Assembly (NCBI RefSeq): GCF_000181795.1
Contig: NW_003526941.1
Location: 8,192,488 to 8,256,140, forward strand
DNA from: Trichinella spiralis
Taxonomy: Eukaryota
DNA: 63,653 nucleotides
Reading direction: 5' to 3'
Positions 40,024-53,440 of this stretch are shown here, one piece after another (position 1 is the stretch's first letter; every line of letters starts with the position of its first letter). A program made the position numbers and the translations under genes. The notes under the pieces are model-generated. The model searched no databases. It was not told the origin of the DNA and worked only from the letters and a program-made list of their open reading frames with translations.

Positions 40024-43000
40024 CGTTGCAATTGGACATTGCAATCAATCCTTGGTTTCAAGCCATTATACATTATTTATTTATTTATTTCCCTTGGTTC
40101 AGTATTATTTATGATGAACGAATACGGTGCTGTTTGCTGCTACCTTTCTTTATTTTACCATTTTCCCCTCGATGCTGTTTTATAATATTGAAAATATTTT
40201 TCACAAGTTGTCCCGGTTGTTAATTTGTTTTCTTATTTCTTTTTTTCATTTTTGTATCTTATTTCCGTTCTCAAAATTGAACGGCTAACTTTTTTCTCCT
40301 TGTTGCCCCTTTAGTGTTTGAGCTCTTCTTCTACAAATGCTGAACTTGGTGGGGACATTCTACGATCAATTATTGTAGACAGAGCGTGGATGTCATTTTG
40401 GCCATGTTCATTCAGAGCTGTTGTTTTTCTTTTTGTTTATTTACAGTCTCATATCATCAATTAAAATGAATTGTTTTCTGAGAAACTTTTTCCATTATAC
40501 CAGAAGTGGAAGCTGCACAAGGCTGCTGCGTAAAATTATCTTTGAACAACTGGAAATAATATCTAGCATTTTTGAGAAATATTTCTTCCTACTCATACCA
40601 TGAAAAGAGTTGTTGTTGTTGCCTTTGAATATTTATTTCATTTCAATCCAATATTCAAATATAAATGTCAATTTTTATTTCTTTTACATTCACAGTTATT
40701 GAGGATGAGTTTGTTAATTTAAAAAATTTCTGTATTACTCTGTATATTTTGATAAGTGAGTGATAAGCTTTGATCGTTATTTGCAATAACTGTTGGCTTT
40801 TTGATTCAGTATTACTTCTGTTTCTATATTTTTCCTGTAAATACTTGCGTTTAATTTTAGGCGGAAGATTAAATTAAACAGATCGGGTGCTTATGGATAG
40901 CAATGTTTTATTGCTCAGTGACAGACAGGTATGCATATGATCAATCTATGTAGGATTTTGCATGAGGTATTATTTAAATTTATAAATTATCTAGTTCTAT
41001 AGGAAATCAGGATAAATAAGTAGACTGTTGTCAGCAAATTTCTGTTCAATAATTAGTGAACGATGAGTGAGTACAGTTTCAATCCATTGAATTAATTGAT
41101 AATTCATTCTTCAGTTGATCAGAGATCACTTCTTAGATTGTAATTGTATGTATATATATTTTAGTTGGAAAAATAATGGTTAGGTAAATAGGTTATGAAT
41201 TTAATTTTCATCAGCTTCACTATTCACGGTCCAGCAGTTGATGTCAGTATGTCAACAAACTGATATATATATATCAAAAGTGAACAACTTTAAATCCAGT
41301 AATTATAATTAAGTTGGAGATTTTGAAAGTTCAAATCCGAAGCTTTTTTTCACTCATTTACATTTTTTCTGTTGTTACTTCAGTTGCTTGGCTAATCTAT
41401 TTTGAAGAGCAAGAAACAGTTTCACTTCAAAGATAGTTCAAATCAATATGATTTAGGTTTTTGTTATCTGAGGGATTTATGATGACAATTATGACCGTGA
41501 CCAACATCTGCAGAACATTTTTCATGATATCAAACAATTAATTATCTTGTTATATATCTCCTGCCTTTATCTGCTGTGAACAATCTAAATAGATAGCTGT
41601 CTGTGTAAAACTGTGAATTATTTTATGCAAATTTCAAATGTAATGATCAATTTTTCTTAGTCGCGCTATTTTCTTTTGAAATCAACAATGAATGGCAACA
41701 ACGTTATCGATTAATTTTTATAATTTTTTTGAATTCAGCAAAAAAGAAAAGATATGGAAAAAATTTCTATAAAGCATACATTGTCAAGTTAAAATAATCT
41801 TATTACTATTGTTGTTGTTGTTAATAAATAATAATATTATGAAGTATTTTTCAATGTAAGCACAAGCAATTATAGATTGACTAATTTGCTTCTTTATTCA
41901 TGAATGACAATGGAAAATGTCGTCTATCTATCTGTGTTCTCCATGTCAGTCGGTTCATCGATGACGATCATCTCCACCATTCATGAATAAGAAATTTCGA
42001 AATAAATAAAAATGCAGTAACATCAAATCACGCGTATGCTTGTTGTGTTTGCTGCAAAGAATGGAAAGAATTTTTTTAACTGATGAATTTTTTTGTTTTT
42101 TAATCTATAACTCAATAATCATTATCTTCATCTTATTCAGCGTCGTTTTTAATGTTTTTTCTTTCATATTAAAATTCTGTTCCTTTTTATGCAATGTCTT
42201 CACAATTTCAGTTTAGGAGATAATTTCATAGACGCAGAGTTGTTGTTTATTATGCAGTAATTATGTGAATTTAAATGAAATGGAAAATTGGATGATGCTT
42301 TGTGAAATGTGGTGATAAATTTCAAATTGCATCAATTTTAGAAACGCAGTATTATTTTATAATTGAAAAAACTTTTTTCATTGTTAATTTCATCATTTTC
42401 TACCCTCCTCAGCAGCTTAATAATTGTAGTGTGTGGTATTTTTGTTGTGCTGCTTCCAATTCCAAAGATTTACCAAAGTAATGAAAACTCTAAATAGCAC
42501 AACTCCCAAATGCCATTTTAACTGTTTTGTTCAACTGAATGAATAAGTTTTCCAAAAACGAAAAATTTTAGCTTTTTTCTATGAGGAACGTTTGAATTCA
42601 AGCACCCCAATGGTCAGCAAATGATGAATCAGTTGACTTGGTTTTTATCTAAATTTTGTGAAATGTATTCAGTGGAATATTAATATTAATATTCATTCAC
42701 TAAAGTAATAATTAGATCTTTTATTTTCTAAATTGGCAATCAATTTCAACATATAATATATGTATATATACATATATCAATGTTATGTGAAGGTTATGAG
42801 AGGAAATTGATTGAAAATGCGAATTTTTACAATTGTTGCGAAGCAAGGATTGTATCAACAGCAGCGCAGGTTATTGCATTATAAATTGACCCGAATGATT
42901 ATTCAAATTCATGCTGGAGCTGATCGACAACCTGAGAGAACAGAGCTGAGCAACATAAATTGTTTGTTCAATGCAAATTTTTATGTAATTGCAGAGTATG

Positions 43001-43972
43001 CAGTTTGGAAGGGGAAAATTTTATTCGAAGATTTATTTCGACAATAGTTAGGCAAGTCGATTTTTAAATTCATCAAATGAAAAAATCTCTTTCCAAATGA
43101 CAAGCAAGTATGCAAAGTTAAATGTATGTGAAGTTGTTGGAAGTTTTTATTCTTGCAGTTCACAGTTATTATAATTCATTTGGTTAAAATTTTTGGTTTT
43201 TATTATTTGTTTCGAAAAAATGGATAAGCTTTTGTTTGTTGAATCATATAAATTGATTTAATATTTATTTACAAAAATTATTTTTCAAATATTCATCACA
43301 GACGCACGCAGTTATCATTGACAGTGTCTGACGATGGCATTTTGTCATTTCTTTGATCACACACTTTCCACCATTTTAGACTAAAAAGTCTATTTTTAAA
43401 AAATAGCGTGAAATTATGTTTTATTAATTTTTCTCTTCAAGAATTGTCCTCCTGCATTTTCTATTTTTTATCATTTCTACATTTCTGAGTATTCTTTTTA
43501 AATATCTTCATTATTTTATTTATTATTCAGAAAAAAATATCCACTGTTGATCATTGTTTTGCATGTTGAAGCATTTCCCTTTGATTGGACAGTGATAATT
43601 GCGCTGCTCACTAGCGGATAGATGGATAGATTGATAGATGAACAAACAAAGCCGGACAAGGGTTATTAGTTTGTGTTCTTCTTGGTGGCGCTGTGTTCGT
43701 TTCAAATGGAACAGTGCAGTTGGTTCTTCTGCGTTTTATTTTATTCACAACTGATTTCATCGACATGCTTCTAGCCAGTTGTGCATCACAATCCTAGTGC
43801 GGTATTGTCGTTTGAACGAAAAAAGCATAGCTTTTTAAAAATATAATTTGCTTTTCCTACAACGCGGCTTTTCCCCCATCTCATATTCATTATCCTTATT
43901 ATTGTCCTTATCTTAAGACTTTCTCACTAGCACCGGCTGCGCATTACAGCAACTACGAAAAGCAAAAACAAA

Positions 43973-45005
43973 ATGTTGGTTTGTATTATTTTATCATTGC
44001 TGTTAACTACTGTGACGATTGTTGCCAATGGCGCCAATGAGCATGTTCAGCTACGAGGTATGAGGAGAGAGATTATTTTTATATGTATATATGTATTTAT
44101 TTATTTATTTTACTATTTCAATATAGCCCAAGCAACAATACTTATACAACACTAGTGCGATAGTTATGATGCAAATTTTTCCTTCTCTTTTTACTTTTCT
44201 GTATGGGTAATCTGTTCAAGATCAGTTTTACCACATTTTTCTCATACCCTTTCCCCATGTAGCTGCTGTTTACTTCAAAACAGCAAATGCTGCTTGAATT
44301 AATTTCGGTTGGCTTCATTTCGACTTGTGCCTTGTTCATTTCAGCTTACAATTAGATCAACACTTTGTTACTTGAGATATTCCATATTTGAGGGTACATT
44401 CAATTATTTGTTTCAAATGAACAAATCAAATGAATCACGCTCAAGCTTTATGCATTTCAACAAGTACTGCCACCGTTAATGCATGCTGTGTAATTTTTTC
44501 TCTTTTTACTCTTCTTGCCCTTTTACCTCTTCTTCTTCGACTGTGCTGACAACTGCACAGTTGATCACACCATTATTTGGGATAATCCCTTTTGCAATTT
44601 TGAAAAATTTCAAAGGTTTAGTGTTGGATTAAGATTGTTTTTTTTTCATTGAATTAAAATGTGAATATTCAGTATTCAAAATTAATTATTCAGTGGAACA
44701 AATTCTCTCTTTCTTTCCACATTTTAGAGAAACGTGTCTCAGAATTGTTCGGCAAACGAACTTCAAATGAGAATGACATGATGCTATTTTTGGCCAAGAT
44801 CAACGAAGAAGAGATGAGCATGTTTTTGCAGAGATTATTCTTCGAATGGAGAAGAGCCCGGAAATATTGGAACGAGTTGAACGACGAAGAGCTGACACAA
44901 ATGGAAATTGGCAAACGCATGTCAGAGCTGTTCGGAAAGCGCAGTGAACGTCACCGTTCCAGCGACGGTTATTACAAAAAGCGTGTTTCAGAACTGTTCG
45001 GCTAA
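43973..45005 (+). CDS. trh-1: TRH-like neuropeptide precursor (120 aa; exons 43973-44057 and 44728-45005) encoding VSELFamide x2 and MSELFamide
   Basis: Signal peptide MLVCIILSLLLTTVTIVANG; phase-1 GT-AG intron; KR-VSELFG-KR, KR-MSELFG-KR, KKR-VSELFG-stop. The ELFamide core matches C. elegans TRH-1/NLP-54 peptides (GRELFamide, ANELFamide). Confidence 0.85.
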
Positions 45006-48000
45006 ACGTATTGTGTAAATCTTTATTTTACTTTATTTTATTTTATTTGTTAAATTTAAAATCAGAAAAAATTCAAATTTTAACTTGCAATGGCTATTAT
45101 TGGCACTGGCGTGAAATATCCATTCATTTTTTCGGAAATGCTTTTCGAATGCTCGACGTATTGTATGTACGCTTTCCACAGTTTGCTAATAAATTCTCTT
45201 CTTATTGCCTTTCGGTGCAAGCATGGAATTTGCCATGCATAAGCAACGAGTTGGTCAGATGGATGTCAGAAAAAGTTTCATAAATCCTGACATCTGCAAA
45301 TGGAAACTTTTAATTTATTTTTTTAATCAAATTTTACATTTTTATGCAATTATAATTGATCAACGACAGTTTTTTTTACCACAATACAGGTAAACTAATC
45401 TCATCATGCACGAGGTAAGCTTTTTGTTGGGTTAAAAATTTGAATTTTACTTAGCATATTGATTTTCTATGCAAATATTGTTTCAAATTGAGTTTCTGAT
45501 GATAATGAACAAGGATATTGTCTCTTCGGCATCTGTTGAATGTAAATTTAATTGAAGCATCACTTCAAATAAGTGAAATAGATAGTTCGTTGTGGAACGA
45601 CACATGCTGCTGTTCTCAGTTCATCAACAAGCACCGTTCTTCTACATGCCAATTTCTGAACCATCACCATGAACATAAGAAACAGTTCAAAAATAAATTA
45701 GGTAGATAATACTATTTCGATAAATTAAGTTTATCGCTGACATATAGGTACCATGCGTTTATTCCGTTTGTTGAAATAATTTCCATGACGTCTATCTACC
45801 ACGTTGATGACGAAAATTCACATTCGTAAGATAATATTGAAATGTTTTCTTTTTGCAAAATTTCCAATTTATTTTAATTATCTATTGTTTTCATGTTAAA
45901 TGGTATGTGTTACATTTCAATTTTTCAGTTTTTTACCTCTGTGATAATATTCATACCAAATTTCACTGTAAAATATGAATGATTGATTATTGTTGAATAA
46001 TTTATTTAAAAATAAACATTTAAATTCAAAATTAAAGTGAGCTTTATGATTTGACGGTTGTATTTTACAATTTAATAATTACATTTATATTAATTTTTTG
46101 TCTGTGATTGAACCTTTTGAAATTAAATTTTAAACAGGAAAAATGAAACATGAAAACATTTAAAATGCAGTACAAATTTAACTTTGAAATTTTAAATTTA
46201 ACCATTTTGTCTGTGTACTTATTATGTTGAAAATTGTTCGATGACTTCTTTTCCACATTGACTGACTCTTCGTTGAATTTATTAATAATATAAAGTAGTG
46301 GAATAATAATTGAATTTCTTTTTACAATTTGCTTTATCAAATGAAGGTGTGCATTGACAAGGAAACATTGGTAATTTCTTGAATGAAATAAGTTGTTCCT
46401 TAGCTTCAATATTTTCAATCACATAAATAACAGCTTCGGTGATAATTTTTGCACTATAAATGCATAAATTGATTCTCCATTCGTATTAGTTATTAATGTA
46501 TATCCACCTCCGTTCACATTACATTTTCATTAATTTCTTTCTATTTTTCATGAACAATGCACACAATTTTTGTTTAAATGAAATATTTTTTTTCATTACA
46601 GCTGTTTCTAGCTAACATTTAAAAATGTTAAACAATGTAATTAATGTTATTTTACTGTTATTAAAATTGCAACTGTTTCTGTATCTTTTATGATTTACAA
46701 GTTCGATAATGAAAATAATAAATTCTGTAAACATTATTTGTTTGCCTTTGTAAACTGTATGAATTGCTAATTCTGCATGAATTGCACAGATTTGAAAATA
46801 AATTAATTAAAAATAATAATTATATATATATGCATATAATTAACATTATTTAACCGAGAGGCAGGTTTATCATTTGTTGTTGTACATTTTCAATTTTTCT
46901 GCTGTTATTCATGCTAATTTTCGTAATAAGAAATATTCATAATTTTTCCTTAAGTTTTTTTACACAGTTTGTATAGTTTGCCGATTATTGTGTCGATTAA
47001 TTTTATAGTGTGCAATGTTGATACTGTTGTTTTTTGTATGAAGAAGCAATATGAATCGGATGCGTCAAATTGTTTTCTACTTGTTGCTGTCGTAGATGGT
47101 CAACTGTAGAGTCGTTGAACAACACAACATATCGTTGTATACAGTTGGTTGGTTGCTAAGATTGGTAAGGATACTTTTTGTTGAGAACTTTGCAAAAGAA
47201 ACGCTGACATAAATCGATCAATTTCCAATTAATTCGCCTCCAGTTAATTCTTTTCCAATCGACCGTCGTCAGTTGCTTTTGCTGGAAATTTATTGACTTT
47301 CTTTTCAAATTATATAATTGATAAAAAATTATCTATAATTTTCAATTGAAAAATTGTCCATCACCAAATAATAAGACTTGCACGATCATCAACAACTTTA
47401 GGCATGTTGATTAATTGTGCATGTTGTATTAAGAAAAGGGATTTATCATAATTGAAACACAACAATCTGATTAGCATAATAATAATAATATTATTATTAT
47501 TATTAATTGATGCAATTTATTCAATTGAACTATTGGCTCCTTTTTTAAATTAGAATATTAATATAAAAATAAAATTTCTAAATATTTGATTAAAACTGAA
47601 GGTGAAAAAAAGCCAAAAGTGTTGCGTAGAGAAAAGGACTTTTTATGGAACACAATAATTCATTACATCAATTTTGCTATTTATTGCTTAAATAGAGAGA
47701 ATTGCTGCTGTTTGTTGTTTGAAAAATTGCAAACCATTTAGCGGCTTGTTGAATCTTCCAATTTATTACGTCAGGTGTTGTTGCTCTTGAAATGCATGTT
47801 CAAATTCACTGTTTTCCCCTCCTTTTTCACCATTAAGAAAAAGATAAAAGAAAAGCTTCCGCTTAAGTGATCAGTCGACAAACAAGTGAACAAGTGACAG
47901 TTGCATGGAGCCACTGCATTCGATGCTTCTCAGAGATGATGGATTATAAATATATATTCTTCTTATTATTATTATTATCAACAAAATGTCAACATTCACG

Positions 48001-49505
48001 ATAATACACTTACTTGTTTGTTTAGTTTTATTTCATGTAATTTCAAATACGAAAAGTATATTGTTAATCTTCATCTTGATGAGGGGTTTGAAAAGATATC
48101 TTCTTTTTTAGGTGAACCAAATGGAACATTATATATTTTCATTTCAAACAAATTTTCCATTCTCCTTCAAACTATTTTACTGTCTAAAATTAACAATATA
48201 TGCAATTTCTTTTTTCAATTCACAAAATATCTTTTCAATTTTGCAACACGAAATTATTCAATACATATTTCATTGTAAAAAATTATTAATTTTTTATAAT
48301 CCTCGAAAGTTGCATTGGAAAAATAATGATTTCACGAATGTTTACTGTGCTGTAATGTTTTGGTGTTTTCTACTGTTGAAATTGTCCTTATTATTTATTA
48401 CTACAAATTTTTGCCTTAAGCTCACCTGATGTTCGCTGCGTTTGGATGCAGAAAGGCAAGATCTTTTAAAAATCCAAAGCTGAAAGCCCGTTGATCTGAG
48501 AAATTTGCAAATGACGTCAAATTTCAAATTCTTATTAGCAAAACATATTGAAACTATTATTAAATATATGCGGTAGAATAATTTTCTGTATTGCTTCCGT
48601 TAGTTGTTGAAAGTAAACCGAGATGTTGAGCTCGTATTTCACCGTGCGGAATCATGCAGTGTATTCTTCCAACAACTGTAATTTTGAATATTTCACCACT
48701 TTTGATTGATATAATTTTTACAATTCACATTCAATTTCAAAAGCTTTTAAACTTTTGTGAATTTGATCTTGTTCAACAACATGTAATCCTTTTTGTATTT
48801 AAATTGAATATTTTTTCATTGCATGAAGAAATAATAGCGAATTTTGGGTTTCGAAAATTATGCAAATTATTAATGTTAAACAATAGATTCCATTTCCTTG
48901 TATGTTTCACTTGATTTGAAAGAATTTTCAATTATTCTAATTAGGCAGAATGTGGGCGAGAAAAAAGCTTAAAGAGATCTAATGGTTTGTCCATTTGTTG
49001 CCAAACGACAAATGAATACCACTCAACGTTTTAATTACCGATGGACAGATAACATGGTTGGTAGCATCGGTGTGGAAGAGTCTCCTTGCAAGCGCCATCT
49101 GGTGTCATTTTACAATCGACGACAAGTGGTGGCTAGCTAATTTCACTGCTAGCTCGAACACACAGACGTTGAAACAGACACAAACACAGACACCAACACA
49201 GACAGACAGACGGACGGACGGACAGATAGACAAACAGCTTCAACGCTTCAGTTGAAGCTTATATCACATTTGTCTGGATTAATTCGTAGGTTTTAATCAG
49301 GAAGAAGAAGAATCCTTCAATTGAAATTGAGCAACGACGCATTTTGCTGAACTTTGTCGAAATATTTTTTTTACCATTTCAGTTTCGTGATTTTATTAAT
49401 ATTTCAACTTTTATCATAACGTTTCATATTTGGTTTATTAATTATTTTTTATACAAATTCAACTTTTTCTAATTTCTATCCATCAACGTTTGTCTATCTA
49501 AAATA

Positions 49506-52500
49506 ATGCGGGATTTGTTATACACAATTTCTCTGGTGCCAGTTATTCTACTTAACTTCGCCGAAGGTATGCAATTCTTTCTTACGTTTTATATTCTTAT
49601 ATTATTTGCATTTACAATTTGCATAATGTTTAGCATTTGGTCAGTTGCAATGTTTTTGTAAACAAACCGATTGTGCCTTACCTAAATGCAGAAACACGTG
49701 GTCATTGCTCAACTTCAAGCATACAGGTACGTGAAAGTTTTCTTTTTTTTATTTGTATTTCAAGAAAAAGCATATATTTGTATGTTATTTTTATTTTTGC
49801 TATTTTGAATATGAATTTGTAAAAAAGATGTAGTTATATTCAAATTTAAATATGTGTCAAAATTATGATAAAGTTTTTTTACTGGAGGCAAACAATTGTT
49901 AGCTGAGTTAGATCTGTCATTTTTGCTGAAGAATTTCATTTGTCAGGTTCTTTGTGTAACAGTGCGATGTTTTTTTTATAAATTTTCTTTAACAATTAAT
50001 TTTTATGCTTGTTATATTTTTTGGTGATCAAGGTTTTCAGTTTAAGTTGTTCAATTAAAAAAGATGAAATTGAAATATCAAACAATCCATAAGCTGTGGA
50101 AAAGTTGTTTCAAAGGATTCGACTGAAATTAGCTAGCTAGCCGGGCAGTAATAATAATAATAATAATAGTAATGATAGTAAATAGCTTGTATAACAGGGG
50201 CCATGTATTTGAATTTTCATTTTCCAATTAGTAAACACGGCGCAGTGTGAGCAACGTTTTCTTAGTTATCTTATCTATTAATAATACAATAGAATGGATA
50301 AAGGCTGAACAGCAGCACACTGACCTGACGAGCACTGAGATAAGCTTAACTATGGGAAACGAATTTATTGCAAATTGAGCATGTTGAAGCAAATTCAATT
50401 AGGAAGCCAATGGGAACAGCTTTATCATCTGCTATTTGAAAAAAATTGGCAGAATTGAAGAAAAGCATCATCTGCTTTAAAAATTTCATGCTTATGAAGA
50501 AACTGTTTCATTATTGAGAACCAATTTATTTTTTATCTGGCTATCGATTCATTGTCGATGACGAGTTGTGTTGTTCATTTGTTATAATAATTAATGATGT
50601 ACAAGATATTTTTTTTATTTTTTATTATTATAAATGATGTCTGAAAGTTGAGTGGTGGAATTGTTGAAAAGATTTTTTGAATGCCATTTAAAACAGTATA
50701 TAGTCATATTGGATATTATTGGATGTGTTCGATTATTTCATCGTTGAAAACGTGAAATAACGACGTCAACGACCGAAGTGGACCGAGAAGAGCATTGATT
50801 CAGTGATGTGTTACGATTCAGATAATGGCGATGATCGACTTGGACGCAATTGGGCATTCTTCTTGTGTAAACTTGCCTCATTCAAAGCAATAATGCCATT
50901 GCTGCTTATAATAATAATAATGATAAGTAGTATTTACAGTTCAGATACTTCGTTTTGTGCAAGGTTCTCTTTCAACTCCTTCGATGAAATTAACAATATT
51001 TTCTCTTTGTGTACTAGTGATAAAAGCTTTATTTGAAAAATTCCTTTTTTCTTTTCAAATTTCAAAGTAAATCATCAAATTAATTAAAAGAATCTGAATG
51101 GATTAAGCAGTAAATTTATTTTATTGTTCATTTTGAATTTGCAAATTAGTATCAATGCAATATAATACAATTGGAACTATTGTATTTCATAAAAGGTAAT
51201 CTTTACTATCAAAATCATAATATTTTGTATCTTTTTCTGTTTTGGTTTTATTCATATTTTGTAGAATTTCTATTACGTTTTCCTATATTTTGTAAAAATA
51301 TGTTTCAGTTTTATCAATTCTCTAATCAGGAGATTGCACTTAAAAGTTTCGATTGCATCGATGCTATTATTATTGATTGATGATATAAGCATGACCAACT
51401 GTATAATTTTTTTATATTGTTGAAATCTTATGGTGCACTATAACTTTTGAATATATTTTTCAAAATAGTATATATTCATAAACATGGCCAACGTCTGCTA
51501 ACGGATAGCAATATAAATGCATGTCATTTTTGATGAAAACAAATTTTCAGCAACAATACAAATGCAAATAAAAATATAGTTTAATGAAGTGCTTGAAATG
51601 AAGTTTATTTTAATCAAAAATTTTGTAGCGGTGTTATGCAAATGAAACTGCTCACCGTTGTGTAAAAACTTTTAGCATATGCTGTTCAAAAGTGTCCAAG
51701 AAAAGTTATTAATAATTTATTACTGATGGTTGTTAATCAAATTTGCAATTTTATCGTTCAGCAGTTCCGTATTTATCATCCGTGTTAGTGTGCATGTTGA
51801 ATTTTTCATTACAAAAGCTAATGCGAAGCTAGTGATTGAAAACGAAACTATGCTCCATGTAAATTGCTTGCAGTTAATTGGATTACATCTGAATTGAATG
51901 CCATTCTGAAATTGTTTAAATAATTTACAAACAACACAATTTGTGCTTGAATTGAAAAATATTCACGCTTTCATTAACAACTGAGGCAATTAGTTTCATT
52001 TCCATCGCACAGATGTTTATTTCTTTGAATTGCTTATTTTGTTCTTTTGCTTTTTGTTTTAGTTTTATTCAATTTGGCAAATACATAAATAAATTTAAAT
52101 CGGCGGAATGATTTAATTTTCTGTTGAAATGCATTTTTTAAATTGCATAAATTCATAATTTTGATAATTGACGTTGACATTTGAAAAATAAAAGAATAAA
52201 TGAAAAGAAAAATTGGCAGAGGTGTGAGAATTTTTTTTTCATCAGTGGAAATGGGGAGGAGGATAAATATTATTTTTGCCTCAGTTAGCAATTTGGCAAA
52301 AGCTGAACGATTGTTTTGTGTTGCGTTTGAAATTTCTTCAGTTTGTGCTTATTTATTGGATTGAGAGAGAGAGAGAGAGAAGCAGGCGGACAGTTTAAGC
52401 AGATTAATTAATCGTTTATCATTATTGACTATTTATTTTGAAAGCTAGCTGTTTCCCGTTCAATCCACAGTCGATCCGCCAATAGCTAGTAGAGGTTTTG

Positions 52501-53440
52501 GCGTTTTTGCTTATATGCTTTCGTCTTCCTTTGCTTTGCTTGAGGTCTGCGCATAATTGGCGCCATTCTATCAACCTCAAGCTACCTTGAATCATTTTCT
52601 TTCAATTCAACGCTAATCGAATGTCAACATTGGCAGACAAACACCACGTTCATCGACCAATGTAGCAGCATTTAAGCATTCAGCTTAGCTGTTAATGAAA
52701 AAGCTAACCGCTGCAATTACCCTTCACCCGCAGGCTTCGATCAAATTTCAAATTTCCAAACATAATTTACGATGCTTTGAAAATTTCTATTTACAAAAGT
52801 TATACAAATTTGATTGATTTTTGTCTTGTGGTTTTTGTTTATTTATTTTCTTGTTGAAATTGATTGTTCAATTAATTTTTGACAATGACAATGGCAATGA
52901 TCCATTGAATACAAAAGATATTTGCATCAAATGCTTCTACCATTAGCCAATTAGCTTTGTTTTGTCTCATTTTTTGAAACGTACATTTTTCTAACCGTGA
53001 TATTGTAATTTCATTTTTTAAAATTAAATTTGAATAAAAAAAGTGTAGAAATGTTTGAGAAAATATATATTGTTTCAGAAGAAGCGACCAGCAGCAGTTG
53101 TCACGAAGATGTGTACAGAACGGTGGACAAGTGTTTCCAGAATGTTACCACCTGGGAAGATGCTTGCAAATGCGGTGGCTTTGACTGCCAAAGCTTTTTG
53201 CATTTCATGCGTCGCTTTATTTCGAAATTTGAGCTTTTGTGTGAAAGGGAAATTTTCCATCACCACACCAATGAACATGGTGAAAATGGTGGCTCTCACG
53301 CAGATGGACTGGACGATCTAGATTTCGATACCATCCAAAAACCGAATAAGCATCTTTTTCTGCTTGTCATCATTCCACTTTGTGTCGGTGCCTTTGCGGT
53401 TATTATGATTTTTCTCAATTACCACTGCAAGATGTGCTAA
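49506..53440 (+). CDS. Small type-I membrane protein with a Cys-rich activin-receptor/three-finger-like ectodomain and no kinase domain (exons 49506-49566, 49634-49726, 53079-53440; ~171 aa)
   Basis: Phase-1 GT-AG junctions give the signal peptide MRDLLYTISLVPVILLNFAEA, then LQCFCKQTDCALPKC...SSSC...DKC...WEDACKCGGFDCQ, a His/acidic stalk, the TM segment LFLLVIIPLCVGAFAVIMIFL and the tail NYHCKMC-stop. Confidence 0.7.

Noticed and set aside
49236..49259. Perfect 9-bp hairpin AGCTTCAAC/GTTGAAGCT upstream of the receptor-like gene
   Set aside because: Too short for a pre-miRNA and has no other support.
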